NCBI GenBank assembly: GCA_021818445.1
Contig: JAKAEB010000011.1
Coordinates: forward strand, 2,269 to 66,268
DNA: 64,000 nt
From: Planctomycetota bacterium
GTDB lineage: Bacteria; Planctomycetota; Phycisphaerae; WQYP01
Direction: 5' to 3'
A program made the position numbers and the translations under genes. The number at the start of each line of letters is the position of its first letter. The stretch's first letter is position 1. Of the stretch, positions 9,541 through 20,102 are shown piece after piece. The notes under the pieces are model-generated. The model saw only the letters and a program-made list of their open reading frames with translations, did no database searches and was not told where the DNA came from.

Positions 9541-10974
9541 TTAGACGTTGGCCCGCTGCTTTCGCAGTTGGGCGAGGCGCTGTCGCGCATCACGGAAATT
9601 AAAATCCCATTGTGTGATTTTGCTGTAGATTTTTTCGGCTTCCGGCCCTTGGTTGGTCAGTTCGTAAGCCCGCGCCAGCCAGTAGTGCATTTCTTTGCTG
9701 CGGCTGTCGCCGGTAGACGCCAATTCATAGTTTTCAATCGCGCGCTGGAGTGTTTCGCTCGCCTCAAGGTGCATGCCCTGATCCAAAAAGGCCCGCCCCA
9801 GTAATTGCAGGGCATCGGCCCGGTGCTTCGGACTGGCCTGGGCCTGCTGCAGAATGCCGATGGCCTCTTCCGAACGATGGGCGCGATAAAGGCGAAGGCC
9901 ATACTCGTACGCGATATTGGCGTCGGATGGGAAATTTTTCATTCTTTCCGCAAACTCATCAACTTCAAATGCAAGCTTTTCCGCATCGATATCTGCGATT
10001 TTTTTTATCAGTTCCTTATCATCCGGATGGGCCTTAAGTTTTTCATTCAAGATGCGTAAGTCGCGCCGATATTTGCGAATGCGCACATCGCCCTGCAGCA
10101 TTTTGTAGCGGTACGTGCGGGTTTCTTTGTATGCCTGTTCCAGCACGGCAATGGCTTCCTGGTCGCATTCGTCCGATTCCACATCGAGCAAAGCCTTGAC
10201 CAATTTAGCGACATTCTGTGCATCGAGAGGATTTTGCTCCCACGCTTCGCGTGCATCCTCCACCATTTTGATGCGAAATTCTTCCGTTTTATTCAGCGCA
10301 TCTTTTTGCAGAAGTTCCTGGGTCACTTCTTTGTTGGCAAGCGACTCTTTGAAGTCCGGTACCTTTTCGTATCCGCCGCGCTTGAGCGTTTCACGCGTGC
10401 CTAAATCTTTAATCCGCTGATCCAAGGCGGCATCGTTCGGCGTTAGCGCAAAGGCCAACTGCACGGCCTCGCCGGCTTTGGAAAATTCCGACACCTGTTC
10501 AAAGTAGTCTGCCATTTCCAGATATTGTTTCGGGTTGGGTGTCTTGCTGGTGCTGATACCCTGAAGCACAAAAGGCCCAAACCAAGTGATAATTTCCCGG
10601 TAGCCCCCGAGTGCGGCATGCTTCATCATGTTAAGCATGTGACCGATATTGCCGGGGTCTTTGGCCAGCAGATATTCAGCATTGAGCATCTGCTCTTTTG
10701 GCGACTTGCCGGAAAAATAGGGCTTGACACCGAGGAAACCGCCAGCCGGTTTGCCACCACTGACTTTGCGACGTAAAGAGACTTCGCGCAGGGCCTTGTG
10801 CTCATCGAGATTTTCGGGCTCTCGCAGAAGCCCTTGTATGTACATGTCCAAGGCGTAGTCGTAGTTACCGGTGTCAGCGACCGTCTTGGCGCGATCAAAA
10901 AATGACTTTCCCTTACCCGGGCCTTCTACAACTACAGTCTCTTGTGCTTTGGCCATATCAACTTCCGAAACCAT
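9541..10974 (-). CDS. Tetratricopeptide repeat protein
   Basis: Several TPR-like helices (NYDYALDMY, YEYGLRLY, LLGRAF, YWLARAYE), ending in DFNFRDA. Confidence 0.85.
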   Translation of the reverse strand: MVSEVDMAKAQETVVVEGPGKGKSFFDRAKTVADTGNYDYALDMYIQGLLREPENLDEHKALREVSLRRKVSGGKPAGGFLGVKPYFSGKSPKEQMLNAEYLLAKDPGNIGHMLNMMKHAALGGYREIITWFGPFVLQGISTSKTPNPKQYLEMADYFEQVSEFSKAGEAVQLAFALTPNDAALDQRIKDLGTRETLKRGGYEKVPDFKESLANKEVTQELLQKDALNKTEEFRIKMVEDAREAWEQNPLDAQNVAKLVKALLDVESDECDQEAIAVLEQAYKETRTYRYKMLQGDVRIRKYRRDLRILNEKLKAHPDDKELIKKIADIDAEKLAFEVDEFAERMKNFPSDANIAYEYGLRLYRAHRSEEAIGILQQAQASPKHRADALQLLGRAFLDQGMHLEASETLQRAIENYELASTGDSRSKEMHYWLARAYELTNQGPEAEKIYSKITQWDFNFRDARQRLAQLRKQRANV

Positions 10975-11242
10975 CAAAAACCGCCAGCCAAAACTGCACT
11001 GGCATCGACCACGAATATCTCTTTCTCTCACCAGAAGTATACACGATTGTACACGCTCAAGACGCCAACGCGCCGAAAACCATTACCGTCTACCCTGAAA
11101 ATTAACAAACTATGGGTGATAGTCAACCCTTGGCTATTACTTGCAGGAAACCAAGCCTCGCCATCAGCCTGCAATTGCTTCCGATAATCTACGGAATCGG
11201 GATGCCGGCCACGGACAATTTGGGAGGCGAAAGCTCAAGATG

Positions 11243-11998
11243 TCATTTGGATGCGGCACTTTTGGATCGATCGGCGGAAGCCTGACGCAAGAGGCGATTA
11301 ATGATACCGGATCGCCCCTTTTGCGCAATAAATTCAAAGCCTCCATCATTTTGCAGATAGATGGTGTAGAGAATTCCGGGGCGGACCGGTTTGGCGACAT
11401 ATTGCCGCTCCACCACCTGCAGCCCAAGCGCCTTGGCCGCATGCCGCGACCGAATAAGACCGGCAATTTTTCGCCATAGCATGAGTGCAAACGGATTCGG
11501 TGGTCCATGTTGTGGTTCAAGCACACGTGGCACGCCATCACGACCCAGCAGCGACGTCCCATGATCCGGTGCCTGGGATTTGGAAAATATGCCAGTGAAG
11601 AACCCGATGGATTTGCCACGCAGCGCATCGCCCGCCTCGACAAATGAATCGGCAAACTTCAGCACATATCCGCCGATATATGGTTCATCACCGGGAATGC
11701 GTATTATTTTCAAGGGCAGCGGCACCGCCTCGCCATTCCTGGAATAGGTAAATTCGCGCCACAGGATGGTGGTTTGAACCACATGGCCGCGACCATTGAT
11801 CTTCTGCCCATCCACCACGAGTTGGGCTTGCCGGGTGCGTCCCGTAAGGCGTTTGATGACCGATTTGAGTTCAGCCTTTTCTTTTTTCAGTTGCGCGATT
11901 TGCGCATCGCGCGATACATACTGCTGGGCGAGATTCACCGCCAAGGCGATGAATGTCGCAAGCACGACGACCCAGAAGATACCACGCCCCAACTTCAC
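11243..11998 (-). CDS. Hypothetical membrane-anchored coiled-coil protein
   Basis: N-terminal TM then coiled coil; co-oriented with neighbours. Confidence 0.7.
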   Translation of the reverse strand: MKLGRGIFWVVVLATFIALAVNLAQQYVSRDAQIAQLKKEKAELKSVIKRLTGRTRQAQLVVDGQKINGRGHVVQTTILWREFTYSRNGEAVPLPLKIIRIPGDEPYIGGYVLKFADSFVEAGDALRGKSIGFFTGIFSKSQAPDHGTSLLGRDGVPRVLEPQHGPPNPFALMLWRKIAGLIRSRHAAKALGLQVVERQYVAKPVRPGILYTIYLQNDGGFEFIAQKGRSGIINRLLRQASADRSKSAASK

Positions 11999-12042
11999 CG
12001 TATTACCTTTTTATCATCGCCCTTATCATCGCTTTTAAATTA

Positions 12043-13623
12043 CTACTTAATCAATGGTGCAGTCAACGCCTGCAAGCGGCGATGCCATAGCCGGGCCATC
12101 TTGGCAAAGGTTGTGGGAGTCCACGTAGACCCATCACCTGCGATGTATTGCAACAGACGGCCGTGACTGGACACCCACATTTTTGATTCGTACGGGTCCA
12201 TCAGATCGGTAACCAGGAAGGCTCGCTTCATCTGGCCTTCAACATTTATGGCCGCGTGCGACTGCACTGAGAGGACACGCAGCGCCGGTCGCCGGGCACG
12301 GTTGTTAAATGCCACCATCGCCAGCGGTTTGCTGCGGCGCAGATTCAATAAATGTGGCCAAAGCAGTTTCAGTATCGGTGGCATAAACGCGGGCATATCG
12401 GACCGCAGAACAAAATGTACCGGCGGGTTGGGCACGCCGGCCACCACGTGACTGAGGGTTCGCACCACGCGCACATGCGTTCGATAGACATATCCATCCG
12501 TAGGCTGCCCGTGCGAATTCATAATCGGGAAAAAGGCCGTTGTGGCCTGCCCCACTTCGGTCACCCAGTGGGTATCGTAATTGGGATATGGCGGATGGAG
12601 CTTAATAAGTTTAGGCTTGCGCGTTTTAGGGTCAACAACGATCCGCTGTGAATGCAATTCAGCCACCACTGGATTATTAAACGGAACCATCGTTTCGACG
12701 GAGTCCGTCCATTGTGAAAAATGCGTCGGCGGGCCTTTGGCCCCGGGCTGATGCGTAAATGCCCAGAAATAGGTTTCCTTGTGGAAAATATCGGTTCCAT
12801 TTTTCAAAAACACCCGGCTGTTCGTTGAACAGAAAACCCCGTAAAGCCCATCGCGCTTGCCCCGGTAAGTTTGTACGGCAACATATCCAAGCGGGCGGCC
12901 GTAGGCTTTAATTTGAAACAGCCGCGTTCCGAGGTGAATCTTTTTGAGCAGCTTGCCGGCGGAAATGGTTTTAAGCCACTTTTTGGCCCTTTTGACGGCC
13001 GCCATACGCAACTTGGCCTCCGCCCGAACGTTGATGAATCGGAAAGATTTAAGCACGCGCGAAAACATGCTGCGTGCCCCGGTGTGCAGATCACCAGGGC
13101 TGAAAAAGGTCAACAAAAATATTTCTTTGGGGCCTTTTTCAATAAGTACCTGTTGCCGCATGATGGATACCGGGTGCTTGTCAGAAACCGCCTGAAATCG
13201 AATGGTGAAACGCATGGCTTTGTGGCCGGAAATGACGGTCGGCTGGCGCACCAGCACCTTAACTTTTTTATAGGCCTGGCGATCGGCGGCCAGCGACTCT
13301 TTGACAATCTGGCTGAGCTTTACCGGTGTGGCGAAAAAACTTTGGTGTACGATAAGCCCCCAACGCAACGGGGCATATGTGAAGCTGACAATATCATTAC
13401 CTTTGCGGGCGTAAACCACCGAATTGCGGGGTGATCGCAAAATAAATCCGTCGGCGTCATCGCGCCAGGCGGGTGCCAGTCTGGTATTTAACCCCGAGCA
13501 GCGGGCCACCGGTGTGAGGCAAAGTGGCAGGACCCATATCAAACAAATAATTATGATTTGTTTGATATTTTGAACTGTCATTCGGGGTGTGCCTGTTCCT
13601 ATCCGGTCAATGTGCTTAATCAC
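12043..13623 (-). CDS. Hypothetical exported protein (possible PsbP-like N-terminal domain)
   Basis: Long ORF with hydrophobic N-terminal signal; GFILRSP..ISGHKA..F.RVLKSFRF pattern. Confidence 0.65.
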   Translation of the reverse strand: MIKHIDRIGTGTPRMTVQNIKQIIIICLIWVLPLCLTPVARCSGLNTRLAPAWRDDADGFILRSPRNSVVYARKGNDIVSFTYAPLRWGLIVHQSFFATPVKLSQIVKESLAADRQAYKKVKVLVRQPTVISGHKAMRFTIRFQAVSDKHPVSIMRQQVLIEKGPKEIFLLTFFSPGDLHTGARSMFSRVLKSFRFINVRAEAKLRMAAVKRAKKWLKTISAGKLLKKIHLGTRLFQIKAYGRPLGYVAVQTYRGKRDGLYGVFCSTNSRVFLKNGTDIFHKETYFWAFTHQPGAKGPPTHFSQWTDSVETMVPFNNPVVAELHSQRIVVDPKTRKPKLIKLHPPYPNYDTHWVTEVGQATTAFFPIMNSHGQPTDGYVYRTHVRVVRTLSHVVAGVPNPPVHFVLRSDMPAFMPPILKLLWPHLLNLRRSKPLAMVAFNNRARRPALRVLSVQSHAAINVEGQMKRAFLVTDLMDPYESKMWVSSHGRLLQYIAGDGSTWTPTTFAKMARLWHRRLQALTAPLIK

Positions 13624-13703
13624 GCTGCGTATTCCTCCGCGCCCAACACCCAGGTGACCGCACCAGCACCGGCTGTCACCCTGATAACGAACTCTTTGAT
13701 ACG

Positions 13704-14315
13704 CTATTGATACCGATGCGCCAAGCCTGTGACAATTTTCAAAAATAACTCCTTGTCATAAATCGACAGACCATGGCGCAAACCGAATATGACCACATGG
13801 AACCGTCCGTTGCCGGCCGCCCGCGCAATAAGCAGGCGAACACCCTCGATCGGCAAACGGCCTTGAACGATGGCGGGAGTTTTTACTCCCACACGATAAC
13901 TGCGCCAAATAAGCATGGGAACGCCGAGGATATCTTCAATGGATGGTTGAGGTGCCGCCCATCCATGAGATGCTGGAAACAAATGTTGAATAAAAGCACT
14001 GGCCCGAATTTTGGCGGAGCTTCGGCCCGCAACTGATGCTCGTCCCGCATCGAAGAATGAAAGACTGATGCGATGGTGTCCGTGTGGTACCCAGGTGTAG
14101 CTGGCGGCATCGGACGGGATAAGAGCCGATATGGAAGGTTTGACTGACCGCGCTCCCTGCGGCAGTAGAGATTTGTACCAAGGCCCGCGTAGCGCCTGCC
14201 GAAAAGCCATTGACCCACGGGCGGCGGCAAGGGCAATAACCAGCAACACCAGCATCAGGATGGCAAGTGCCTGGCTTCGGAAGGTTGGATTGGATAAATC
14301 AAAATAACGGGGCAC
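13704..14315 (-). CDS. Hypothetical membrane-anchored protein
   Basis: N-terminal TM; starts 3 nt after the ptsI stop. Confidence 0.6.
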   Translation of the reverse strand: MPRYFDLSNPTFRSQALAILMLVLLVIALAAARGSMAFRQALRGPWYKSLLPQGARSVKPSISALIPSDAASYTWVPHGHHRISLSFFDAGRASVAGRSSAKIRASAFIQHLFPASHGWAAPQPSIEDILGVPMLIWRSYRVGVKTPAIVQGRLPIEGVRLLIARAAGNGRFHVVIFGLRHGLSIYDKELFLKIVTGLAHRYQ

Positions 14316-14318
14316 AGT

Positions 14319-16115
14319 TCAGGCTTCCTGCGAATGATGGGCCAATTTTGACACGTCATCCCGGTAGTAATCCGGGTGATAGCGTCGCATTTCTTCATGC
14401 AGCAGGTTCAATATTTGATGACCATGTTCCATCTTGAGGGCTTTTCGGGCAATTTTCTCGGCCTGCTTCAAAGTTATTTGCCGAATGAGTTGCTTGATCT
14501 CGGGAATGTTGTTGGGTGTAATGGAAAGCGTGCGCAGGCCCAAACCCACCAGCAGCATGGTGTAATCCGGATCGCCCCCCATCTCGCCGCAGAGCGATAC
14601 GTTTTTCACCTCGGCTTTACCCGCCCGCTGCACCCGGCGGATGAGCCGGATAACGGCCGGGTGTGCACCGGTAAACAGTGACGCGACACGCTGATTCCCA
14701 CGATCGACCGCCAGCGTGTATTGAATGAGATCATTGGAACCAATGGATACAAAGTCGGCATCGTGCACATATGGCTTCGGCATAAGTGCGGTGGATGGCA
14801 CCTCGATCATCATCCCGATGCGGATGTAGCGATTGTAGGCAAGGCCCTCTTCGTCCAGATCTTCCATGGTATCCTTGAGCACCATTTTGGCTTGTCGCAG
14901 TTCCCACATATTGCAGATCATGGGGAACATAATGCGGACATCTCCAAGCACACTGGCGCGAAGAATGGCACGCAACTGCACCTTGAACAAATCCTGATTG
15001 GCCAGACAAAGCCGGATGGAACGACAACCCAGGAAAGGATTCGACTCGGCAGGCAAATCTAAACTGGGGGTGGATTTATCCGCGCCCAAATCCAGCGTGC
15101 GTATGATCACGGGTTTGCCTGCCAGGCGCCGCACCACTTCAGCGTAGGCGGCGTAGTGGTCATCTTCAGTGGGAAATTTTTCATTGCCTAAATATAAAAA
15201 CTCGGTTCGATAAAGCCCGATCCCCATGGCCCCTTTCTGGAGAGCCTGATCCACCTCATGCGGAAATTCGATATTGGCCAGGAGCGTAATATCAACACCA
15301 TCTTTGGTGCGGGCCGGTTCATCGCGGAGTTGCTCCAATTCGGTGGCGTGCCGCATCTGCCGCTCGGCAAGCATGCGACCTTCTTCGATGGTCAGCGGAT
15401 CGGGATCAACTGTCACTTTACCTTCATGACCGTTGATGACAATAATGTCGCCGGTGCGAATCTCGTGGATGATATTTTCAACGCCCACGACCGCAGGAAT
15501 ACCCAAAGAGCTTGCGATAATCGCGGTGTGGCTCGTCTTTCCGCCTGATTCAATGGCGATGCCTCGCACCATGGTTTTATCCAATGATGCCGTTTGCGAG
15601 GGAGTCAGGTCGCTGGCGATTAAAATGACCGGCTCGGTAAGTTCCCCAATTCGCAAACGCTCCGCCCCGGTCAATTTTGAAAGCAGGCGTCGCTCAATAT
15701 CGTAGATATCTTTCACCCGGTCACGAAAATAGGCGTCGGAATGATCGGTGAAGATTTTGGCATAATCCCGCAGCGCGCGATACACCGCATATTCAGCCGA
15801 ATAATGCTGGCTATTGATGAGGTTGATAAAGGTGCGTATCAATTCCGGGTCGTTGAGCAGACCGAGATGAAAGTCAAAAATGGCTCCGGTCTCTTTACCC
15901 AAACGGCGCGAGGTTTGATCGCGAAGTTCCCGGACCTCTTCACTGCTTGCCGCGATGGCCGCCTGAAGTTTTTGCCGCTCGGTCTCAAGGGCGCTACTGG
16001 CCACAGTGTGAGAACCGACCCTGAGTTGGTCGTCGCTGATAACAAGCGCTTTGGCAACCGCTACGCCGCTTGAAACTCCAATACCCTGAAGAACGTCCAT
16101 GTGTGCATCATCCAA
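14319..16115 (-). CDS. ptsI: PEP-protein phosphotransferase (PTS enzyme I)
   Basis: GGKTSHTAI phospho-His, GIGLYRTEFLY, NPFLGCRSIR, SIGSNDLIQY, CGEMGG. Confidence 0.96.
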   Translation of the reverse strand: MDDAHMDVLQGIGVSSGVAVAKALVISDDQLRVGSHTVASSALETERQKLQAAIAASSEEVRELRDQTSRRLGKETGAIFDFHLGLLNDPELIRTFINLINSQHYSAEYAVYRALRDYAKIFTDHSDAYFRDRVKDIYDIERRLLSKLTGAERLRIGELTEPVILIASDLTPSQTASLDKTMVRGIAIESGGKTSHTAIIASSLGIPAVVGVENIIHEIRTGDIIVINGHEGKVTVDPDPLTIEEGRMLAERQMRHATELEQLRDEPARTKDGVDITLLANIEFPHEVDQALQKGAMGIGLYRTEFLYLGNEKFPTEDDHYAAYAEVVRRLAGKPVIIRTLDLGADKSTPSLDLPAESNPFLGCRSIRLCLANQDLFKVQLRAILRASVLGDVRIMFPMICNMWELRQAKMVLKDTMEDLDEEGLAYNRYIRIGMMIEVPSTALMPKPYVHDADFVSIGSNDLIQYTLAVDRGNQRVASLFTGAHPAVIRLIRRVQRAGKAEVKNVSLCGEMGGDPDYTMLLVGLGLRTLSITPNNIPEIKQLIRQITLKQAEKIARKALKMEHGHQILNLLHEEMRRYHPDYYRDDVSKLAHHSQEA

Positions 16116-16340
16116 ACAAGAGATTCAGGATACTGCGCAAGTCTAACGACGATGCCCTCGGCCGATTGCAACGTACCGGCGGCGCAAAACGTCACAGAGT
16201 ATATCGGTTATCAGCGTTTGAATCCAGACCAAATCCGGGGCTAAGAATCCGAAGGGCGCGACAATTTCTCCTGGCAGAGGCAAAAACGCCGCAAAACCGG
16301 CGATTTGCGTCGCTTCTTGAGGCATGCCCGAAACGTCTGG

Positions 16341-16440
16341 GAGCCTGTCCGAGTAATAACGGGGACTGCGACGGCATGGATTTTGGCGGGCATCAAGAAG
16401 CGGTGCCGAGGGCGTATCGGGCGATAAGCCGAGAAAGCCA
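16341..16440. repeat. MITE-like dispersed repeat, copy 2 (internally deleted/truncated)
   Basis: GAGCCTGTCCGAGTAATAAC.. matches 7327-7419 at about 89% identity, then jumps to AAAGCCA. Confidence 0.7.
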
Positions 16441-16577
16441 CCCCGCAGCAGCCAGGGAAAAAAAGTGGCCCAGGCGCTGCACCGATTACGCCTGGGCCTT
16501 GAATAATCCGGTCTTACAACCGGAACGATTGAAAAATTATTCGGTGAATTTGCGGTGCTGCGCCACCACGGACGCCT

Positions 16578-17543
16578 TTACCGCCGGAGAATCTCCCCAT
16601 CGAGCGCCAGCCGCAATTTTTCAAGGGCACGGTTCTGAATTTGACGAACGCGTTCTTTCGTTACGCCGATCACCTGCCCTACCTCTTCCAGCGTGAGCGA
16701 CTCGGTATCGGCCGGTCTGTTGACGGCAAAGCGGGCCTCAATAACGCGCTGCTCAACGTCGGTAAGCTCAGCGCGGTTGGTTGAGATAATTCGTTGCAGT
16801 TCTTCAACTGCGTCTTTGGCGACCGCCTGACGGCGCAGTTCCATCTCGTTCGATCGCTCCATGGAAGGATCAAACTCGGCAGGGAACAGGCTATTGTAGC
16901 GGCTGGACTTTACCGCGATGCGACTGAATGCCTTGAGAATTGCCCGGCAGGCATAGGTGCTGAATTTGAAACCGCGTGCGGCATCAAACTTTTCCACGGC
17001 CCGCAGGAGCGCCATATTGCCCTCGGATATCAGTTCGCTGAAATCCACATCTGACATGCGGGTGCGCTTGGCCATCGCCAAAACCAATGCCAGATTGGCG
17101 TTGGTGAGAATTTCGCGTGTTTCTCGGCTGCGACGGTGCCACAGCACCACCTCATTGGCAACTTTCAGCCCCGGTGCCGCCCTGAGACGGGCTACCGCCT
17201 GCTTGGTTCGCATCCGGGCATAGTTGTAGCGGAGAAAAAGATGCTGCTCCTGCTTGGTATTCAGCAGAGCCCCTGAAGGCGCGGACGAGCCGTTCAAATC
17301 GTCATCAAGCATGGGGTGATACCACGATGTGCTTGCGGCGGCAATTTCCATCCCCTCGTCGAAGAGGGTGGCCTCGGCCGAACGTTTCTTGAACAAGGGA
17401 TTATCGATGTAATCAATGGGAAGCGAAAGAGCCTCCAAGGCGACATCCAACGAACCATCCTTGAGATGAGAGAGGGATCGCCGCAGTTTGGCTGGCAATT
17501 CAGGCAAAGTTAAGATTACGGGGGGTGGTGTTGCAACTGGCAT
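16578..17543 (-). CDS. Sigma-70 family RNA polymerase sigma factor
   Basis: ANLALVLAMAK, ELISEGN, AVEKFD..RGFKFSTYA, TLEEVG..IGVTKERVRQIQ; GGAAGGAG SD before 17543. Confidence 0.93.
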   Translation of the reverse strand: MPVATPPPVILTLPELPAKLRRSLSHLKDGSLDVALEALSLPIDYIDNPLFKKRSAEATLFDEGMEIAAASTSWYHPMLDDDLNGSSAPSGALLNTKQEQHLFLRYNYARMRTKQAVARLRAAPGLKVANEVVLWHRRSRETREILTNANLALVLAMAKRTRMSDVDFSELISEGNMALLRAVEKFDAARGFKFSTYACRAILKAFSRIAVKSSRYNSLFPAEFDPSMERSNEMELRRQAVAKDAVEELQRIISTNRAELTDVEQRVIEARFAVNRPADTESLTLEEVGQVIGVTKERVRQIQNRALEKLRLALDGEILRR

Positions 17544-17919
17544 ACTGTACTCCTTCCAGTTCACGATGCGACGATCCATCACAATTGCCGCACCGAAAGA
17601 CTATACGGAGCAAATCCGGGACCCGATTAGAAGAGATTCAAAAATTTTTCTTTTTAGAATACATAAGATGATGTTTTACATTAATTTACAATTAAAATGC
17701 GTATTTGAAATTAAAATTTGACCAACTGGACACATCCGAAAATTCGCCAGCGGAGACCCGCCAATTTGTCAGCTACAGACAACTCACCACCACTAATGTG
17801 AGAAGGCTTTAATCAAAGGCGATTGGCGGACGACTACGGCGCATGAACAAAAAAGCCTGCGACACGATTTTCCTATTCCGGCGGCAGCGGTTAAAGTTTT
17901 GGGGCTGTGGAGGTTAATT

Positions 17920-18852
17920 ATGCCAAAATCCGGGGCGATAGTGATGGCGGCGGGAAAATCAACCCGCATGAAATCCAATAAAGTGAAAGTTTTGCACGAG
18001 GTCTGCGGGCGGCCCATGCTGGCCTATGTGCTGGATGCATTGCGGTTTGCCGACGTGGAAAAAATCACATTGGTGGTGGGCCATGATCGGGAACGGGTCA
18101 TGGATATGTTTGGCGGCCAAAAAGACTTGCACTTTGTCGAGCAGGCCGAGCAAAAGGGGACCGGGCACGCGGTTTTGATGACCGAAAAAACCATGCAGGA
18201 TGTGGACGGACCACTATTTGTGCTGGCGGGAGATGGGCCTTTGATTCGGGCCGACACACTTAAAACGTTGTTGAAGCATTTTTCAGAAAAGAAATCTGCA
18301 ATGACCTTGGCGACCAGTTTATTGCCTGATCCGATGGGGTATGGTCGCATTTTGAGGGGTGAAGACGGACGTTTGCTGAGAATTGTGGAAGACCGCGACT
18401 GCGACGAAGCGCAGCGGCGGATCGGGGAAGTAAATCCCTCATATTACCTGTTCGACAGCACCATTCTTTGGCGATTTTTGGGCAAAATCAAGCCAAATAA
18501 CGCCAAGGGAGAGTACTACCTGACCGATTTGGTGGAAATTCTGTTATCGGCGGGCCAAGCGGTGGAGGCCATCACCGCCGTGCCGCCGGAGGATGTGTTA
18601 AGCATCAATTCCAGAGCGGAATTGGCAAAAGTGAGTGCCGTGATGCAGGCCCGGATTGTGGATGCGGTGCTGGCATCCGGGGTGACGATTACGTCGCCGA
18701 TGAACACTTGGATTGAATTTGGCGCGGAAATAGGGCAAGATACTGTGCTCGAGCCGTTTACCTTTATTGGTGCGGGTGCCGTGGTTAAGGCGGGAAGCCG
18801 AGTTCCGGCGGGTACGGTAGTAGCCCGTGGCGAGCGGTTTGGTGGCATTTAG
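17920..18852 (+). CDS. glmU: GlmU-like UDP-GlcNAc pyrophosphorylase with only a short beta-helix remnant
   Basis: MAAGKSTRMKS..KVLH, QKGTGHA, GYGRI, NNAKGEYYLTD. Confidence 0.85.
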   Translation: MPKSGAIVMAAGKSTRMKSNKVKVLHEVCGRPMLAYVLDALRFADVEKITLVVGHDRERVMDMFGGQKDLHFVEQAEQKGTGHAVLMTEKTMQDVDGPLFVLAGDGPLIRADTLKTLLKHFSEKKSAMTLATSLLPDPMGYGRILRGEDGRLLRIVEDRDCDEAQRRIGEVNPSYYLFDSTILWRFLGKIKPNNAKGEYYLTDLVEILLSAGQAVEAITAVPPEDVLSINSRAELAKVSAVMQARIVDAVLASGVTITSPMNTWIEFGAEIGQDTVLEPFTFIGAGAVVKAGSRVPAGTVVARGERFGGI

Positions 18853-18883
18853 CGTTATTAGCGCGATGCGAAATTTACAACGG

Positions 18884-18917
18884 CCAACGGGGAGTGTGGC
18901 TCCGGTTGGATTTTTTT
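18884..18917 (+). terminator. Possible intrinsic terminator after glmU
   Basis: CCAAC..GGAG/CTCC..GTTGG stem followed by T7. Confidence 0.45.
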
Positions 18918-19045
18918 GTTATTTTCCCAATGGGAAGGGTTGTGCTTCACAATTTGCCCGGGGAAAGCGGCGGCGTGGCTTGATTTTGCACGCCATGGAA
19001 ACGACGGCAATGGCTGGCGTCGGCAAAATGGACGGATAACTGGCG

Positions 19046-20032
19046 ATGATGGACAATTTGAACCACGATTTGAAAATCTTCGCCGGGCGCGCCAACCCGG
19101 AACTGGTGGCGCGAATTTGCGGTCATCTCGGACTGCATGTCGGACGGGCGCGAATTGAAACGTTTCCCGACGGCGAGGTGATGGTCAAGCTGGAGGAGGA
19201 TGTCCGCGGGCGTGATTGCTTTATCGTGCAGCCGACATGCCCACCAGTCAATGACAATCTGGTTGAATTGCTGGTGTGGATCGATTGTCTGATGCGCGCG
19301 TCCGCAGCTCGGATCACGGCCGTGATACCCTATTTCGGCTATGCCCGGCAGGACCGTAAAAGTGAGGGGCGCACACCGATCACGGCCAAGATGGTAGCCA
19401 ACATCATCACCGCCGCGGGTGTTGACCGCGTTATCGCCATGGATTTGCACGCCGCCCAAGTGCAGGGCTTTTTTGATTTGCCGGTCGATCATCTTCTGGC
19501 TTCGCCGGTGTTTTTGAGTTGGTACCACAAGCAACTGCCGGAGCTTGGGCGTATCGCCATTGTCTCGCCGGATCCGGGAAATCTGAAGGCCGCAAGCTAT
19601 TACGCGGAGATGCTTGGTGGCGATTTGGCATTTATTGATAAGCGGCGCCAATCGGGTACGAAGGTATTCATGTCAACCATCGTGGGCGATGTGGTGGACA
19701 AAACCGTCCTGATGTTTGACGACATGATCACCACCGGTGGAACGGTGGCCGAAGCCAGTAAAATTTTAATGGATCGGGGTGCCCGGGCGGTGCACATAGC
19801 GGCGACCCACGGCATTTTTGCGGGAGCCGCGATTGAGCGGATCGCGAAGAGCCCTATCAGCCGGATCGTGGTAACCGACACGGTGCCGCTGGATGCGCGG
19901 CTGGACCCGGTTCGGGATCGGCTGGAGGTGCTTTCCATATCGGACTTGCTCGGCGAGGCGATTCGTCGCATACACCTCAATGAATCGGTATCCAGTTTGT
20001 TTGACAAAGGTGGTAATGGCGGCAAGCGATAG
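19046..20032 (+). CDS. prs: Ribose-phosphate pyrophosphokinase
   Basis: FPDGE, PYFGYARQDRK, DLHA, FDDMITTGGT. Confidence 0.97.
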   Translation: MMDNLNHDLKIFAGRANPELVARICGHLGLHVGRARIETFPDGEVMVKLEEDVRGRDCFIVQPTCPPVNDNLVELLVWIDCLMRASAARITAVIPYFGYARQDRKSEGRTPITAKMVANIITAAGVDRVIAMDLHAAQVQGFFDLPVDHLLASPVFLSWYHKQLPELGRIAIVSPDPGNLKAASYYAEMLGGDLAFIDKRRQSGTKVFMSTIVGDVVDKTVLMFDDMITTGGTVAEASKILMDRGARAVHIAATHGIFAGAAIERIAKSPISRIVVTDTVPLDARLDPVRDRLEVLSISDLLGEAIRRIHLNESVSSLFDKGGNGGKR

Positions 20033-20102
20033 AAGCGCCGGCCGCAGATGTTAATGGAGGCCCCGAATGGGGTCTACAGGTTTTTTCAGGAGAATGTGAG
20101 CC

